Part shown: positions 35,771 to 46,100 of the stretch, piece after piece
Position numbering within the stretch: position 1 is the stretch's first letter
How the letters are laid out: every line of letters starts with the position of its first letter
From: an uncultured Actinomycetota bacterium
GTDB taxonomy: Bacteria > Actinomycetota > Actinomycetes > JACCUZ01
Assembly: GCA_963751035.1 (NCBI GenBank)
Contig: CAVVSW010000004.1
Coordinates: forward strand, 3,142-67,141
Reading direction: 5' to 3'
DNA length: 64,000 nt
The notes under the pieces: generated by a model
Databases searched by the model: none
Told to the model about the DNA's origin: nothing
Seen by the model: only the letters and a program-made list of their open reading frames with translations
Made by a program: the position numbers and the translations under genes

Positions 35771-37734
35771 CGCGACTGGGCGGCCAGCAGCCCGGCGGCG
35801 GCGTCGTCGATGGCCCGCGCCGCTCCCTGCACGGCCTGCGCGTCGGGTGGCCGCCCGGCGTAGCAGACCTGCTCCAGCACCGCTATCGCATCCGCCACCG
35901 GTGGCTCGGCCGGCAGCCGCGACGCCAGCTCGGACAGGCTCTCGGCCGGCGCCCGAGGCGTGCCGGCCCGGTCCAGCGCAGCCTCCAGCCGCAGGAACGC
36001 GGCGACGACCGGGGACGACGACCGGGCGGCTGCCGATGCGGCCGGGGAGCGGGTACGCCGGCGGGCCGCCCACCACGCCAGGCCGAGCAGGGCAAGCAGC
36101 GCTCCGGAGGCACCCAACAGCCCGGCCCGGTCCTGCAGCGAGCGGAGCAGATTGTCGATCCGGGTGAGCAACGACCCGGTCCCGTCGGCGAGCTGCGCTC
36201 CCGCGGTCGGGTCCGACGCGACCCACCCGACGCCGGGATACCAGACCTCGACCCACGCGTGCGCGTCCGCAGCGCGCAGCAGTCGGCCGCCATCCGTTGG
36301 CTTACCGCCGGCGAACCCGGTGACGAGCCGGGCCGGGATGCCGACGGCACGGAGCAGCACCACCTCGGCCGACGCGAACTGCTCGCAGAAGCCGGTCCGC
36401 GCGTCGAACAGGAAGTGGTCGACGGCGTCACGACCGGGCGGTGGCACGGGCGAGTCCAGCCGGTACGTCGCGCGCTCGGCGAGGAACAGCTCGACCGAGC
36501 GCACCGCGTCGTACCTCGTGGCCGCGCCGCTCGTCACCTGCCGGGCGAGCTGAGCAACCCGGCTGGGCAGCTGCGCGGGAAGCCACAACGGCCCCACACC
36601 CTGGTCACTGCCCGTGGCCCCGCGGAGGACGACGACCGGCGGGTCCGACACCGAGCTGGTCACGGTGTAGGACTCCGGGTAACCCGCACCTTGCGGAACG
36701 GCGAGCACGTAGCCCCCGGCCCCGGTCAGCAGCCGCCCGGCCACGTTGACGTCGAGCGGCCGGCCAGGCGCCAGCAGGACACCGGAGAAGCCCGCCCGGA
36801 TGCGCACCCGGTCCGTCCGGACCGAGCCCGGCGCAGCACCCGGGCCGGGAGAGGCCCAGGTGTCGCCGTCGGCAGCGCGCCACGTGACCCCGTCGTAGTC
36901 GGACAGCACGGCCCCGCGCCAGAGCACCGGGCTGTCCGCGGGGACCTCGGCGACCGGGGTGTCCGGCAGCGTCCCGCGTGCGCGCAGGTCCAGGATGCCG
37001 CTGGAGTAGGCCTCCGCGCTCCTGCCCCCAGCGCCGGCGGCACCGTCGCGGCCGGGAACTCCGCTCCGGTTGGCGATGCCGTCCGGCGGCGGGACCACCA
37101 TCGCCACCACCAAGGCGAAGACCGCTGCTGAAAGGCCGACCAGGACGATCTGCCGCCGGGGGAACGGCACGCTGGCGGCCCCGTCGGCGCGGGCGAGCAC
37201 CACGTCCGGGCGGGCCCGGGACCGCGCGACATGGGCCTCGTGGCACGCCACGACGACAGCGGGCCAGGCGACCAGCAGCGGCAGGGCCACGGCCGGCCGC
37301 GCGGCCATCCCCAGAACCAGCAGGAAGGTCATGCAGCCGAGCCCCATCGCCACCAGCACGTCGCGCGGACGGTCGGCGACCAGGAACTGCCCGATCAGGA
37401 CACCGGTCATCAACGGTGCGATGACGTGACCGAGCTCGGACATCGCGGCGGTCAGGTCCACGACCGCAGCGGGGTCCGGCCCGGAGAGGAGGGCGAATGC
37501 TCCCGCCGTCACGATCACGATGGCAGCGGCAACCCGGCGCGCGGACCTGCCTTCGGCCGACGCGAGCCGAACCGGCGCGGCAGCCGCCGCGCAGAGCAGG
37601 GCAACCGCCCCAACGGCACCCACCATGAGCAGCATGCCGGTGACGGCGAGGGCGACCACACCCGAGCACCCGACGACGAGGGCGCTGACGCGAAACGTCA
37701 GCGTGACCTCACCGCCGTCGGCCGCCGTCGTCAT
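35767..37734 (-). CDS. transglutaminase-like (TgpA-type) polytopic membrane protein
   Basis: Start at ATG 37734 (ATGA overlap with the DUF58 stop). About 6 N-terminal TM segments. Cys-His-Asp core: GFCEQFASAEVVLLRAVGIPARLVTGF...DAHAWVEVWYPGVGWVASDPT. There is a further TM segment and a C-terminal tail. Confidence 0.8.
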   Translation of the reverse strand: MTTAADGGEVTLTFRVSALVVGCSGVVALAVTGMLLMVGAVGAVALLCAAAAAPVRLASAEGRSARRVAAAIVIVTAGAFALLSGPDPAAVVDLTAAMSELGHVIAPLMTGVLIGQFLVADRPRDVLVAMGLGCMTFLLVLGMAARPAVALPLLVAWPAVVVACHEAHVARSRARPDVVLARADGAASVPFPRRQIVLVGLSAAVFALVVAMVVPPPDGIANRSGVPGRDGAAGAGGRSAEAYSSGILDLRARGTLPDTPVAEVPADSPVLWRGAVLSDYDGVTWRAADGDTWASPGPGAAPGSVRTDRVRIRAGFSGVLLAPGRPLDVNVAGRLLTGAGGYVLAVPQGAGYPESYTVTSSVSDPPVVVLRGATGSDQGVGPLWLPAQLPSRVAQLARQVTSGAATRYDAVRSVELFLAERATYRLDSPVPPPGRDAVDHFLFDARTGFCEQFASAEVVLLRAVGIPARLVTGFAGGKPTDGGRLLRAADAHAWVEVWYPGVGWVASDPTAGAQLADGTGSLLTRIDNLLRSLQDRAGLLGASGALLALLGLAWWAARRRTRSPAASAAARSSSPVVAAFLRLEAALDRAGTPRAPAESLSELASRLPAEPPVADAIAVLEQVCYAGRPPDAQAVQGAARAIDDAAAGLLAAQSR

Positions 37735-38783
37735 GACGTCACCGGCAACCTCTGCGCCAGTGCTCCCCCGCGCTGGGCCGCCTGGCGAACCTGCTCCCAC
37801 CACTGCTCGGTCGCCGAGGCGGAGGCGGCCACCAGCACATCCGCTGCGTCGATGGACGTCAGGGCGCGGGCGAGGGAGTCAGGTGCCGGCAGGTCCGACA
37901 TGGGCAGCACGGCCCACCAGTCCAGCAGGCCCGGAACGGACTGCACGGGTGGTGGCCCGAGGGTCTTGCCGTTCGCCCACACCCACAGGGTCAGCCGGTC
38001 GCCGGCCAGCTGGGCAGCCCGGCAGGCTCCCGCCGCGGCAGCGATCACGTCTTCCCAGTCGGGGGCGTCGCTGCTGCACGCGAGGGCGACCACGACGTGG
38101 CGGGAGGTCGCGGCCGCGCGCTCGCGGACCACCAGGGTCCCCCGGCGGGCGGTGCTGCGCCAGTGCACACTGCTCGCGGCGTCCCCCGCCCTCCACTCGC
38201 GGACCCCGGCCACATCGGTCCCGGGTCCGGGCACGGAGTCCACCTGGTCGTCAGCCCGCGCGCGTGATGAGGCCCGGCCCATGAGCACGGCGCGCGGGTG
38301 AACCACCAGCCGATGTCCATGGTCGACGGTGGCCTTCGCGATGGCCAGGCCCAGTCCACCCTGCGCCACCACCGCGATCCGACCGGTGAACGTGACTCCT
38401 CGCGACAGGGCGACGCGGGAGAGCTCCGCGACGGCCCGCCCACCGGCGGGGAGCGGCTCGACGTACACCCTCGCGATCGCGAGCCCGGGCAGATGCTCGG
38501 TGATGCAGAGCGCCGGCGTCGGGCGGTCTGACCGGTTGTGGACATGCAGGGTGTGCACGACCTGCTCGCCGACCGCGGCCCGTCGCGGTCCGGAGAAGCA
38601 CAGCTCCAGGCCGTCCAGCTTCGGGGTCCAGATCCGGGCGCCGACCACCAGACCGACAGCACCAGCGGCCAACAGCGTGAACCACAGGTTTCCGGTGAGG
38701 ACTGCGAGCGCGTACAGGGCGGCGGCGAGGAAGACCGGAACGACGATCAGCCCCGACAGGTGCACCTGCGCCTTGGGGATCAC
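37731..38783 (-). CDS. DUF58-family protein (MoxR-associated, VWA-like)
   Basis: GTG at 38783 overlaps the MoxR stop (GTGA). Two N-terminal TM segments. DUF58 signature: VAGVREWRAGDAASSVHWRSTARRGTLVVRE. Confidence 0.8.
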   Translation of the reverse strand: MIPKAQVHLSGLIVVPVFLAAALYALAVLTGNLWFTLLAAGAVGLVVGARIWTPKLDGLELCFSGPRRAAVGEQVVHTLHVHNRSDRPTPALCITEHLPGLAIARVYVEPLPAGGRAVAELSRVALSRGVTFTGRIAVVAQGGLGLAIAKATVDHGHRLVVHPRAVLMGRASSRARADDQVDSVPGPGTDVAGVREWRAGDAASSVHWRSTARRGTLVVRERAAATSRHVVVALACSSDAPDWEDVIAAAAGACRAAQLAGDRLTLWVWANGKTLGPPPVQSVPGLLDWWAVLPMSDLPAPDSLARALTSIDAADVLVAASASATEQWWEQVRQAAQRGGALAQRLPVTS

Positions 38784-39823
38784 GGCCCGACGGGGACCGG
38801 CACCCGGTCCACCAGCTCGGCGACCACTGCTTCCGCGACCGCGCGCGACGTCCCGCCGTCCAACAACAGCCGGTGGGCCAGGACGGGGACAGCCAGGGCC
38901 TTGACGTCATCGGGGAGCACGAAGTCGCGGCCGGCGAGGATGGCGCAGGCCTGTGCGCAGCGCAACAGCGCCAACGTCGACCGTGGGCTCGCGCCCAGCA
39001 GTACGTCGGCGTCCTCCCGCGTCGCTCGGGCCAGGGCGACCGCGTGGTCGAGCACCTGGTCCGACACGTGCACGGCTCGGGAGAAGGCCCGGAGCTCGAC
39101 CAGCTCCGCCGCGGTGATCACGGGTTGGAGGTCGTCGACGGTCGGCCGGACCAGCTGCTCGCGAACCACGAGCCGTTCCGCGGCCAGGTCGAGAGAGCCG
39201 ATCCGCAGGGAGACGCTGAACCGGTCCAGCTGGCCTTCGGGCAGCGGGAACGTGCCGTACTGCTCCAGCGGGTTCTGCGTGGCGATCAGGAAGAACGGCT
39301 CGGGCAGCGGGTGACGGCGGCCGTCCACGGTCACCGCCGCCTCTTCCATCGCCTCGAGGAAGGCGGACTGGGTTCGGGGGGAGGTCCGGTTCAGCTCGTC
39401 GACGAGGACGACCTGCGCGAACAGCGGGCCCGGGACGAAGCGGAAGGCGTGCGACTGGGGGTCCCAGATGCCGGACCCGGTGATGTCGGCCGGCAGGAGG
39501 TCGGCGGTGGCCTGGATGCGCGCGAACGACGCGCCGATGCTGCGCGCGAAGGCTCGGGCGAGGGTGGTCTTGCCGCTGCCGGGAGAGTCCTCCACGAGGG
39601 CGTGCCCTCCGGAGAGCAGCGCGCAGGTGACCAGGTCCACCGCGGCGTCATGTCCCCGGACGACCCGCCGCACGTTGGCGGCGACCTGCCGGGCGAGCGA
39701 GGATGCCCACTCCGAGCGGGCCGGGTCACCGCCGTACGGAGGGCGCGCCGGCCACGGGGGCGCCACCGGCGGGCTCGTCGTCACAGCCGTCCCCTCGTGG
39801 CGCGGATCCGTCCCCATTGCCAT
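38780..39823 (-). CDS. MoxR-family AAA+ ATPase
   Basis: Walker A: EDSPGSGKTTLARAFA. Walker B: VVLVDELNRTSPRTQSAFLEAMEE. ATQNPLEQYGTFPLPEGQLDRF is the AAA_3/MoxR signature. Confidence 0.9.
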   Translation of the reverse strand: MAMGTDPRHEGTAVTTSPPVAPPWPARPPYGGDPARSEWASSLARQVAANVRRVVRGHDAAVDLVTCALLSGGHALVEDSPGSGKTTLARAFARSIGASFARIQATADLLPADITGSGIWDPQSHAFRFVPGPLFAQVVLVDELNRTSPRTQSAFLEAMEEAAVTVDGRRHPLPEPFFLIATQNPLEQYGTFPLPEGQLDRFSVSLRIGSLDLAAERLVVREQLVRPTVDDLQPVITAAELVELRAFSRAVHVSDQVLDHAVALARATREDADVLLGASPRSTLALLRCAQACAILAGRDFVLPDDVKALAVPVLAHRLLLDGGTSRAVAEAVVAELVDRVPVPVGP

Positions 39824-39870
39824 CGACCATCCGCGCGCCCGACTGAAGGGGCGCCGTGCCTACGTGCGGG

Positions 39871-42800
39871 TCAGCGGACCATGCCGAACGAGTCGACCAC
39901 GACCGGCTTGCCCTTCGACACCACCTTGACCGTCATCGTCGCGTTGCGCGCCGGCCGGACCTTGGAGATCCAGGTGGTGATACCGGTGCTGCTCGACTTC
40001 AGGCTCAGCGTCTTCAGCAGGGTGGAGCCGGAGTAGATCTGGATCGTTCCGCAGGTGGGGCACTTGAGGGCCGTCACGGCGACCCGGGTGTGCTGACCCG
40101 ACTTCGTCAGCTTGGCGCCGTAGGAGGAGCTGCGGCTGTAGGTCTTGCCGTAGAAGCCGGCCTTGCCGCCGGGGCGGTACCAGCTCGGCGTGGCCTTGAA
40201 AGAGCGGTCGTCGAACATCCGTGCGGTGCACAACGGCTGGCTCCACGCGCTGATGTTGCCTGCCTTGTCGCGCACGCGCACGGAGAAGCAGTAGGTGTAG
40301 CCGGCGTCCATGCCGGTCAGGGTCTTCGCGGTGCTGGTGGTGTTCTGCCAGCTGCCCCAGTAGTGCCAGGCGCCGAACGGCGTGTTGGGGCCGCCGCGCT
40401 GCCAGCGCACGTCGTAGGACTTGACGCCGGTCCTGTTGTCCACTGCCGCGTAGGTGATGCGTTGCGACGTGAACTGGGTGAACGCCGGGATGCTCGCGAG
40501 GCCCAGCGCCGGAGCGGCGACGTCGACCAGCTTCAGCTCGACCGACTTGGCGTCCACGGGCGCGGTGCTGCTCGCCGTGTCGTCGTACGTCGGCTTCCAC
40601 CCGAGACCCGACGGCGTTCCCCGCCACGAGGCGCTTGCAAAGGTGCCCGTGCGCTCAACGAACGTGACCAGGTTGGGCATCGTGGTGCCGTACGCCGGGT
40701 TGAACCCGGCCGCCGAGACCCCGGTCACCTTGCCGGCGAGCTCGATCCGCCCGGGCGCCTTGGTCTCACTCGGCGCTCCCGCCGGCGTCGCGGGCGTGTA
40801 GACGAGCGGGGTCACCTCGAGCACGTCATAGGTGATCGGTTTCGCGGGCACCGCGGGGCTGGTGGGCGTCTCCGCCACCGCGGGGACGGCCGGTCGCATG
40901 ACGAGCTGCACGTCGCTGGTCGGAGACAGCTTCACCACGCCCTGAACGGTGAGCTTGCCGGCGCGGTCGCCGAAGCCGGGGTGCACCCACGCGCTGCCGA
41001 ACGTGAGCTGGCTGGTCGCGATCGTGCCGGCACCGCCGAGCCCGCCCTTCTTCAGCTCGATCGGTGGGAAGTGGCCCGCGCCGTCTCCGGTGCTCAACGT
41101 GACCGCGTTGGTGTTGAGCAGGCCGGTGATCGGCTCGGGTGCGGTCGTCGGTGCTCCCGCCTGAACGTCCTGGCTGTAACCCGCCGGGACGTTCAGCGAG
41201 GTCTCCAGGGTGACGGTGCCGTAGTTGACGACCGGAACGTTGACGGTCGTCGTCCCGGAGCTCGTCGAGCTGCCGCCGGGGGTGGTGGCCTGCGCGATGC
41301 GGCGCAGCGAGCCACCGGCGTTGATCGTGAGCTTCTGGCCCTCGAGGGTGGTGGGGTCGCTGCGCTCGAACCCGGAGCCGACACTGGCGATGACCAGAGC
41401 GCCGCTCACGGCGACCCGGGCGTTGGGCTTGAGGGTCACCATGGTCGCGTTGACGGCCACCGGGCCCAGGAACGTGATGGTGGCGGCGTCGGCCGGGTCG
41501 CTCGCCTCGAGGTAGCGCCGGGTGGTGCTGCCGATCGCACCCACGTCGGTCGGGACCTTCTCGATCGTGATGGGTCCCTTGACCGTGCCGCTGCGCCACT
41601 GGAAGGTGCCGTCGGTCAGGGCCGCACCGGTCACCTTAGGCGCCGTGCCGCGTTCGCCGATCAGTCTCGCCTTGGTGCCATCGGTCGCGTCGTCGAGCTG
41701 CAGGATCGCGCCGCGCTGCAGTTTCGTCTCGCCCTTGAGCAGGAGTGACGAGCCGCTGGCGACCTGGACCGTGCCCTTGTTCGGCGTGCTTCCGCCCACG
41801 CTGCCGGTGAACGGGTCGCTGACCGTGGTCAGGGCCTCGAAGATGGACTGGGTGGGCGGCAGGACCGCGTCGCCGAGCAGCAGGAGCTTCGAGCCGGAGA
41901 TGACTGTGACCTTGCCGCCGGTCTGATTGACCAGCGGCACGCGGTCGACGCGCAGCTGTCCGGAGCCGGCCACCGTGTCGGATGCGCCGACGGCCAGCGT
42001 TCCGGTGGGCGTGTTGTCCAGGATCCCGGCGGCCGCCGTCGTACGCGTGATCATCGGGCCCGGGTTGCCGGGGAAGCCACGGAGCAGGCCGCGGTTGACC
42101 AGTTGCCCGCCGAGCTCCAGCTTGCCGGCCCAGATCTGCAGGCCACGGCCGGTCTCGTTGTTGTTGTTGGTCAGCTTGCTGCCCTCGGGCACCGTGCGGG
42201 TGCCCTCGCTGTCCATGACCGTCTGCAGGGCAAGGGTCAGGTCGCCGAGCAGGGTGCCGGCCTGCCAGTTCAGCGCCCCGGTGCCGCCGAGGGTGGCGGG
42301 CACACCGCCGGTGCTGATCGTCGAACCGGTCACCAGCCGGACGATCGCCGGGGTGAGGACCGTTGCGCCGGTCGTGACCTCGAGAGTCGCGCCGCTGCCG
42401 ACGTAGAGGCCCGCGCCGGTTCCTCCGATCGTGTCGACGACACGGCTGCCGGGCGCCATGGTCGAGGTGGAGGCGCCGGTCAGGAAGAGCTTTTTGGCCT
42501 TCAGGTCGACCGTGCCACCGGGTTCGCCGGCCAGGAGCTCCAGCGAGATGCGGTCGAACGTCGCATCAGCGGTCAAGGAAACGCTGCCGGCGACCCGCAG
42601 GGTGAAAGGGGTGCCCGACGCTGCACCGGCGAAGCCGGAGAGCCGTGCCTCCCCGAAGACGGTGAGCGTCCCGGTGAGCTGGGGTGCAGTCGCGATGTCA
42701 GCTGCGCCGGCGAGCACGAGGTCGCACACCGGTCCGGAGACGCCCTCGATGGTCGCTGACGCGCCTACGGTGGCCGTGTCGTTGCTGTCCGGGACGGCTG

Positions 42801-42993
42801 CCGGGTCCCAGTTGGCCGGATTGGTCCAGGCATCGTCCTCGCCGCCGCCGGTCCACGTCTTCGACGAGCCTCCGGTGGCGCAGTCGGACGTCGCCGCTGC
42901 AGGGCCGGCCAGGCCGACGAGCGTTCCGGTGGTCAGAGCGGCCACCACCAGGGCGGCACAGACACGCGGCAGGCGGGCAAAGCGGCGGCTCAT
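39871..42993 (-). CDS. large secreted protein: predicted beta-helical Gly/Thr-rich region + FN3-like domain + C-terminal beta domain
   Basis: Start at internal ATG 42993: MSRRFARLPRVCAALVVAALTTGTLVGLAGPAAA (signal peptide). About 750 aa of G/T/A/V/L-rich quasi-repeats follow. FN3-like segment: YDVRWQRGG...GYTYCFSVRVRDKAGNISAWSQPLC (about 40230-40520). Lys-rich terminal domain ends VSKGKPVVVDSFGMVR. Confidence 0.75.
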   Translation of the reverse strand: MSRRFARLPRVCAALVVAALTTGTLVGLAGPAAATSDCATGGSSKTWTGGGEDDAWTNPANWDPAAVPDSNDTATVGASATIEGVSGPVCDLVLAGAADIATAPQLTGTLTVFGEARLSGFAGAASGTPFTLRVAGSVSLTADATFDRISLELLAGEPGGTVDLKAKKLFLTGASTSTMAPGSRVVDTIGGTGAGLYVGSGATLEVTTGATVLTPAIVRLVTGSTISTGGVPATLGGTGALNWQAGTLLGDLTLALQTVMDSEGTRTVPEGSKLTNNNNETGRGLQIWAGKLELGGQLVNRGLLRGFPGNPGPMITRTTAAAGILDNTPTGTLAVGASDTVAGSGQLRVDRVPLVNQTGGKVTVISGSKLLLLGDAVLPPTQSIFEALTTVSDPFTGSVGGSTPNKGTVQVASGSSLLLKGETKLQRGAILQLDDATDGTKARLIGERGTAPKVTGAALTDGTFQWRSGTVKGPITIEKVPTDVGAIGSTTRRYLEASDPADAATITFLGPVAVNATMVTLKPNARVAVSGALVIASVGSGFERSDPTTLEGQKLTINAGGSLRRIAQATTPGGSSTSSGTTTVNVPVVNYGTVTLETSLNVPAGYSQDVQAGAPTTAPEPITGLLNTNAVTLSTGDGAGHFPPIELKKGGLGGAGTIATSQLTFGSAWVHPGFGDRAGKLTVQGVVKLSPTSDVQLVMRPAVPAVAETPTSPAVPAKPITYDVLEVTPLVYTPATPAGAPSETKAPGRIELAGKVTGVSAAGFNPAYGTTMPNLVTFVERTGTFASASWRGTPSGLGWKPTYDDTASSTAPVDAKSVELKLVDVAAPALGLASIPAFTQFTSQRITYAAVDNRTGVKSYDVRWQRGGPNTPFGAWHYWGSWQNTTSTAKTLTGMDAGYTYCFSVRVRDKAGNISAWSQPLCTARMFDDRSFKATPSWYRPGGKAGFYGKTYSRSSSYGAKLTKSGQHTRVAVTALKCPTCGTIQIYSGSTLLKTLSLKSSSTGITTWISKVRPARNATMTVKVVSKGKPVVVDSFGMVR

Positions 42994-43110
42994 GAACTGG
43001 CTCCCCCAGTGCGACTGCGACGCTCCCCGCGTCGTCACGCGCGCCAGTATTTCGATGACTACGGGGCGCGGAGCCGAAACGAGCAGATCGGACGCCGCGG
43101 GCGCAAATCT

Positions 43111-43137
43111 AGCCCGGAAGGACTAGTCCGCCGGGCT
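43111..43137 (-). terminator. hairpin about 60 nt downstream of the giant ORF (weak terminator candidate)
   Basis: The minus-strand RNA would read AGCCCGG-CGGACUAGUCCUU-CCGGGCU followed by AGAUUUGCG: 7-bp stem, with the loop containing the self-complementary GGACUAGUCC. Confidence 0.3.
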
Positions 43138-43196
43138 CCCAAGGTCATGCTGAGTAGTCGTTCGGTTATCCTCCGTGCTCGTTTCCTCTCGTGCCG

Positions 43197-46100
43197 TCAG
43201 GTGAGCTTGGCCGAGCCGGTGGGCATCGGCGAGAGCGTGGGGGCCATGAACGAGTAGGTGGCCGCGTCATCATGGGTGAGGCCGACCACGTGCCCGAGCT
43301 CATGCATGATCGCGGAGCGCAGATCGATCAGGCCGGTCTTCGTGGTCCCGTCGGTGGACCAGCCGTAGCCCGCGGCGTTGACGTCGAAGTAGATCGTCGT
43401 GTCCAGCGTCTGTGCCAGGGTCGCCGCGGCCAGGTCGACGATCGCGTACTGCACCTGAGCCAGGCGTTCGGCGTCAAAGCCCATCGCGACCATGTCCGCG
43501 ATCGCGTCCGCCATCAGACCTGCGAGCACGGTCTCGGTGAGGGCCGTCACCGGTCTCGAGGGTGGTGGGATCGACGCATTGAGCGTCAGCGCGTGGGAGG
43601 GTGGCGCGAAGGCCGGGTCGTTCGTGCGCAGGCGCAGGCTGTCGAAGGACGTGGTGCCGTTGCGCGTGAACAGGCCTGCCCGCCCGTCCACCACCGCGCC
43701 GTTGTAGCCCCACGTGGTCACGTAGCTGCCGTTGAGCTCGACGGCGACCGAGGCGCCCTTGAGGCTGACGAGGAGGGTGTAGTTGGTGTTCAGCGCCAGC
43801 ACCTTGCTGATGGCCGTGTCGACCACGTAGCCCTGACGCGGTGACCAGTGCCCGATCAGAACCTTCTGGTTCGCGACGTCGAGCGCAACGAACTTGAAGT
43901 CGTTCGGCCCGTAGTAGTCGAACACCACGCCGCCGATCGCACCGGCCGTCTTGATCTTCACCGTCGCGGTCAGCTCGATGTAGGAGCTCGCCTCGAGGGT
44001 CGCCCCGAGGTCCAGGGTGGTGATCGAGGTGCTGCCGGCCGCCGCTGTGGCGCTGTAGCTGCCGGCCGCGATGGACCAGACTGACCCGACGGCGGGAATG
44101 TCGAACAGGTCGGCCAGGCCGTCGTCGAACGTCTCGGTGAAGTCCAGAGTGAACTGCGGCGGCAGGATCTGGACCGCGATGTTGTCGAAGACGCCGCGAG
44201 ACTGGTCGCTCCCGACACCGACCATGCCCTTGTTGAGACCATAGGCCTCGCCGTCGATCATCCGGGCCGGGAAGATGTGCGACAGGGCCTTGACGCCCAT
44301 CGTCACGGTGACGGCGGTGCCGTTGATCGCGATCAAGATGTCGTAGAAGATGTCCGGCTTGACCTGCAGCGGCGCCGCCTTGTCGACGATCCACCCAGCA
44401 GCGGTGCGGTGACCCAGGACGAACCGGTTCGTCGAGATGTCGATGCCGGCGAACTTGAAGTCGGTCGGGCTGAAGTAGTCGAAGATGATGTAGGCGTTGG
44501 CCTTCCAGCCTGCGGTCGGCTTGGTGACCTTGATCTTTGCCGTGATCTCATAGTAGATCGGCAGGTAGTCGTCGAGGTAGAACACTGCGGCCGCGTCGCC
44601 CGACGTCGACGCCGCCGACACCGACATGGCCCCACCGCTGACGGACCACACACCGCTGTCCGGTGCGAACGCGCTCAGCGACCCGTCGTTGAAGTCCGCG
44701 GTGCGGAGCACGTCACGCCGACCGCCTGGCACGTTGCCGGGCTGCGGATCGCTGGGTCCACCGGTCTGCGTCTGCCAGAGGCCGTGGTCCTTCTGCGTGA
44801 TGAGGCCGATCTCTCCGTCGGGCTCGCCGTTGCGGGCGGCGGTGTTCCCCGTGTCGGCAACCCGCGTCGGGTCCGCGCCCTGCGCCCGCGAGAGCGCGTA
44901 CAGGAACTCGTCGAGTGCCGGCGGGCGCTGACGGCTGACCGTCGCGATGCCGAACGGCGCGAACGGGACGATGTAGGAGTTGAACTCGCCGACCCAGTCG
45001 ATCAGGCGGTCGCCGCCGGTGTTGCCGATCAGGACGTCGAGCCCGGCACCACCGAAGGCGCGGTCCTCGTACGTCGGGTGCGTGTCGGGGGTGTCGTTCG
45101 GGCTGGGCTGGATCTTGCGCGGCTTGCCGTCGCCGTAGGTGCCTGCTCCGACCGTCGGGATGACGTCGTCGGCCTGAAGCAGGTCGTTGCCCCAGCCGCC
45201 CCAGAGCGTGTCCTTGCCGGTGCCGCCGACGAGCCAGTCGTTGCCGAGGTCGCCGAAGATCACGTCGTCGCCGTCGGTGGCGCGCAGGCCGAACTCCAGG
45301 CAGGTCGCGCCGTTCGTCGAGAGGCGGATGCAGCCGTTGACCAGCGGACCGTCCGTGCTGCTCGCGTTGAGGAACCAGTTCCAGGCCGAGCCGAAGCTGT
45401 CCTTGAACGCCGTGCCGTCGTCGTTGAGCAGGATCGCCCGGCGCGGGTCGAACTCGTCGTACAGCGCGAACTCTCCACCACGGCTCGGCTTGCTCGGGTG
45501 CCACGAGTCGCCGTCCTCGCCGTGGGCCAGCGCGTCGCCCGGGTTCCACGGCGAGACCCAGTCGCTGCGGTCGACGCCGACGAGGGCGCCAGCGGCGTTG
45601 TAGCGCTGGGTGAACGTGCCGACGACGGACTCGCCACCAGAGATCGCGTCGTCGCCGGAGCCGCCGTGCAGGAAGTCGTCACCGAGTCCGCCGAAGATGA
45701 TGTCGTCAACGTAGAAGGTGATGAACAGCGGGTCGTCGCCGGTGATCGCGTTCGGCGTCAGGTTGAACGGCGTCAGGTCCACGGCCTTGTTCAGGGCGTT
45801 GGCCTTGTTGATGGTCGCCGTCTGCACCTCGCCGGGCGTGTAGATGTACTCGTTGAGGACGTCGCCGTTGCTGAAGCGCGTGTCCGGGTCGGTCGGCAGC
45901 AGAGCGAGGATGCCGTAGAGCCGCTCGGCGAAGCAGGTACCCGCGGTGCTTCCGGTGCAGGCCGCGCCGGCCGCCGTCACGCCGGTCGCGGAGTTGCGGC
46001 TGGTGAACAGGCGCCCGTCGTCGCCGAGGACGCCGTCCTGGCCGGTGCCGCCCGAGACCCAGTCGTTGCCCCAGCCGGTGATGATGTCGTCGTCGTCGCC

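Noticed and set aside
39824-39870. 6-bp GC hairpin (gcgccc-gactgaag-gggcgc, 39835-39854) between the 1040-aa gene and moxR as a terminator
   Set aside because: The stem is short, there is no U-tract on the minus-strand transcript, and the gap is only 47 bp. This is too weak to call.
43200-43235. Possible sortase signal in the giant protein's last residues (LSPMPTGSAKLT)
   Set aside because: MPTGS only loosely resembles LPXTG. It is followed by 5 residues and a stop, with no hydrophobic segment or basic tail, so it cannot be a cell-wall sorting signal.
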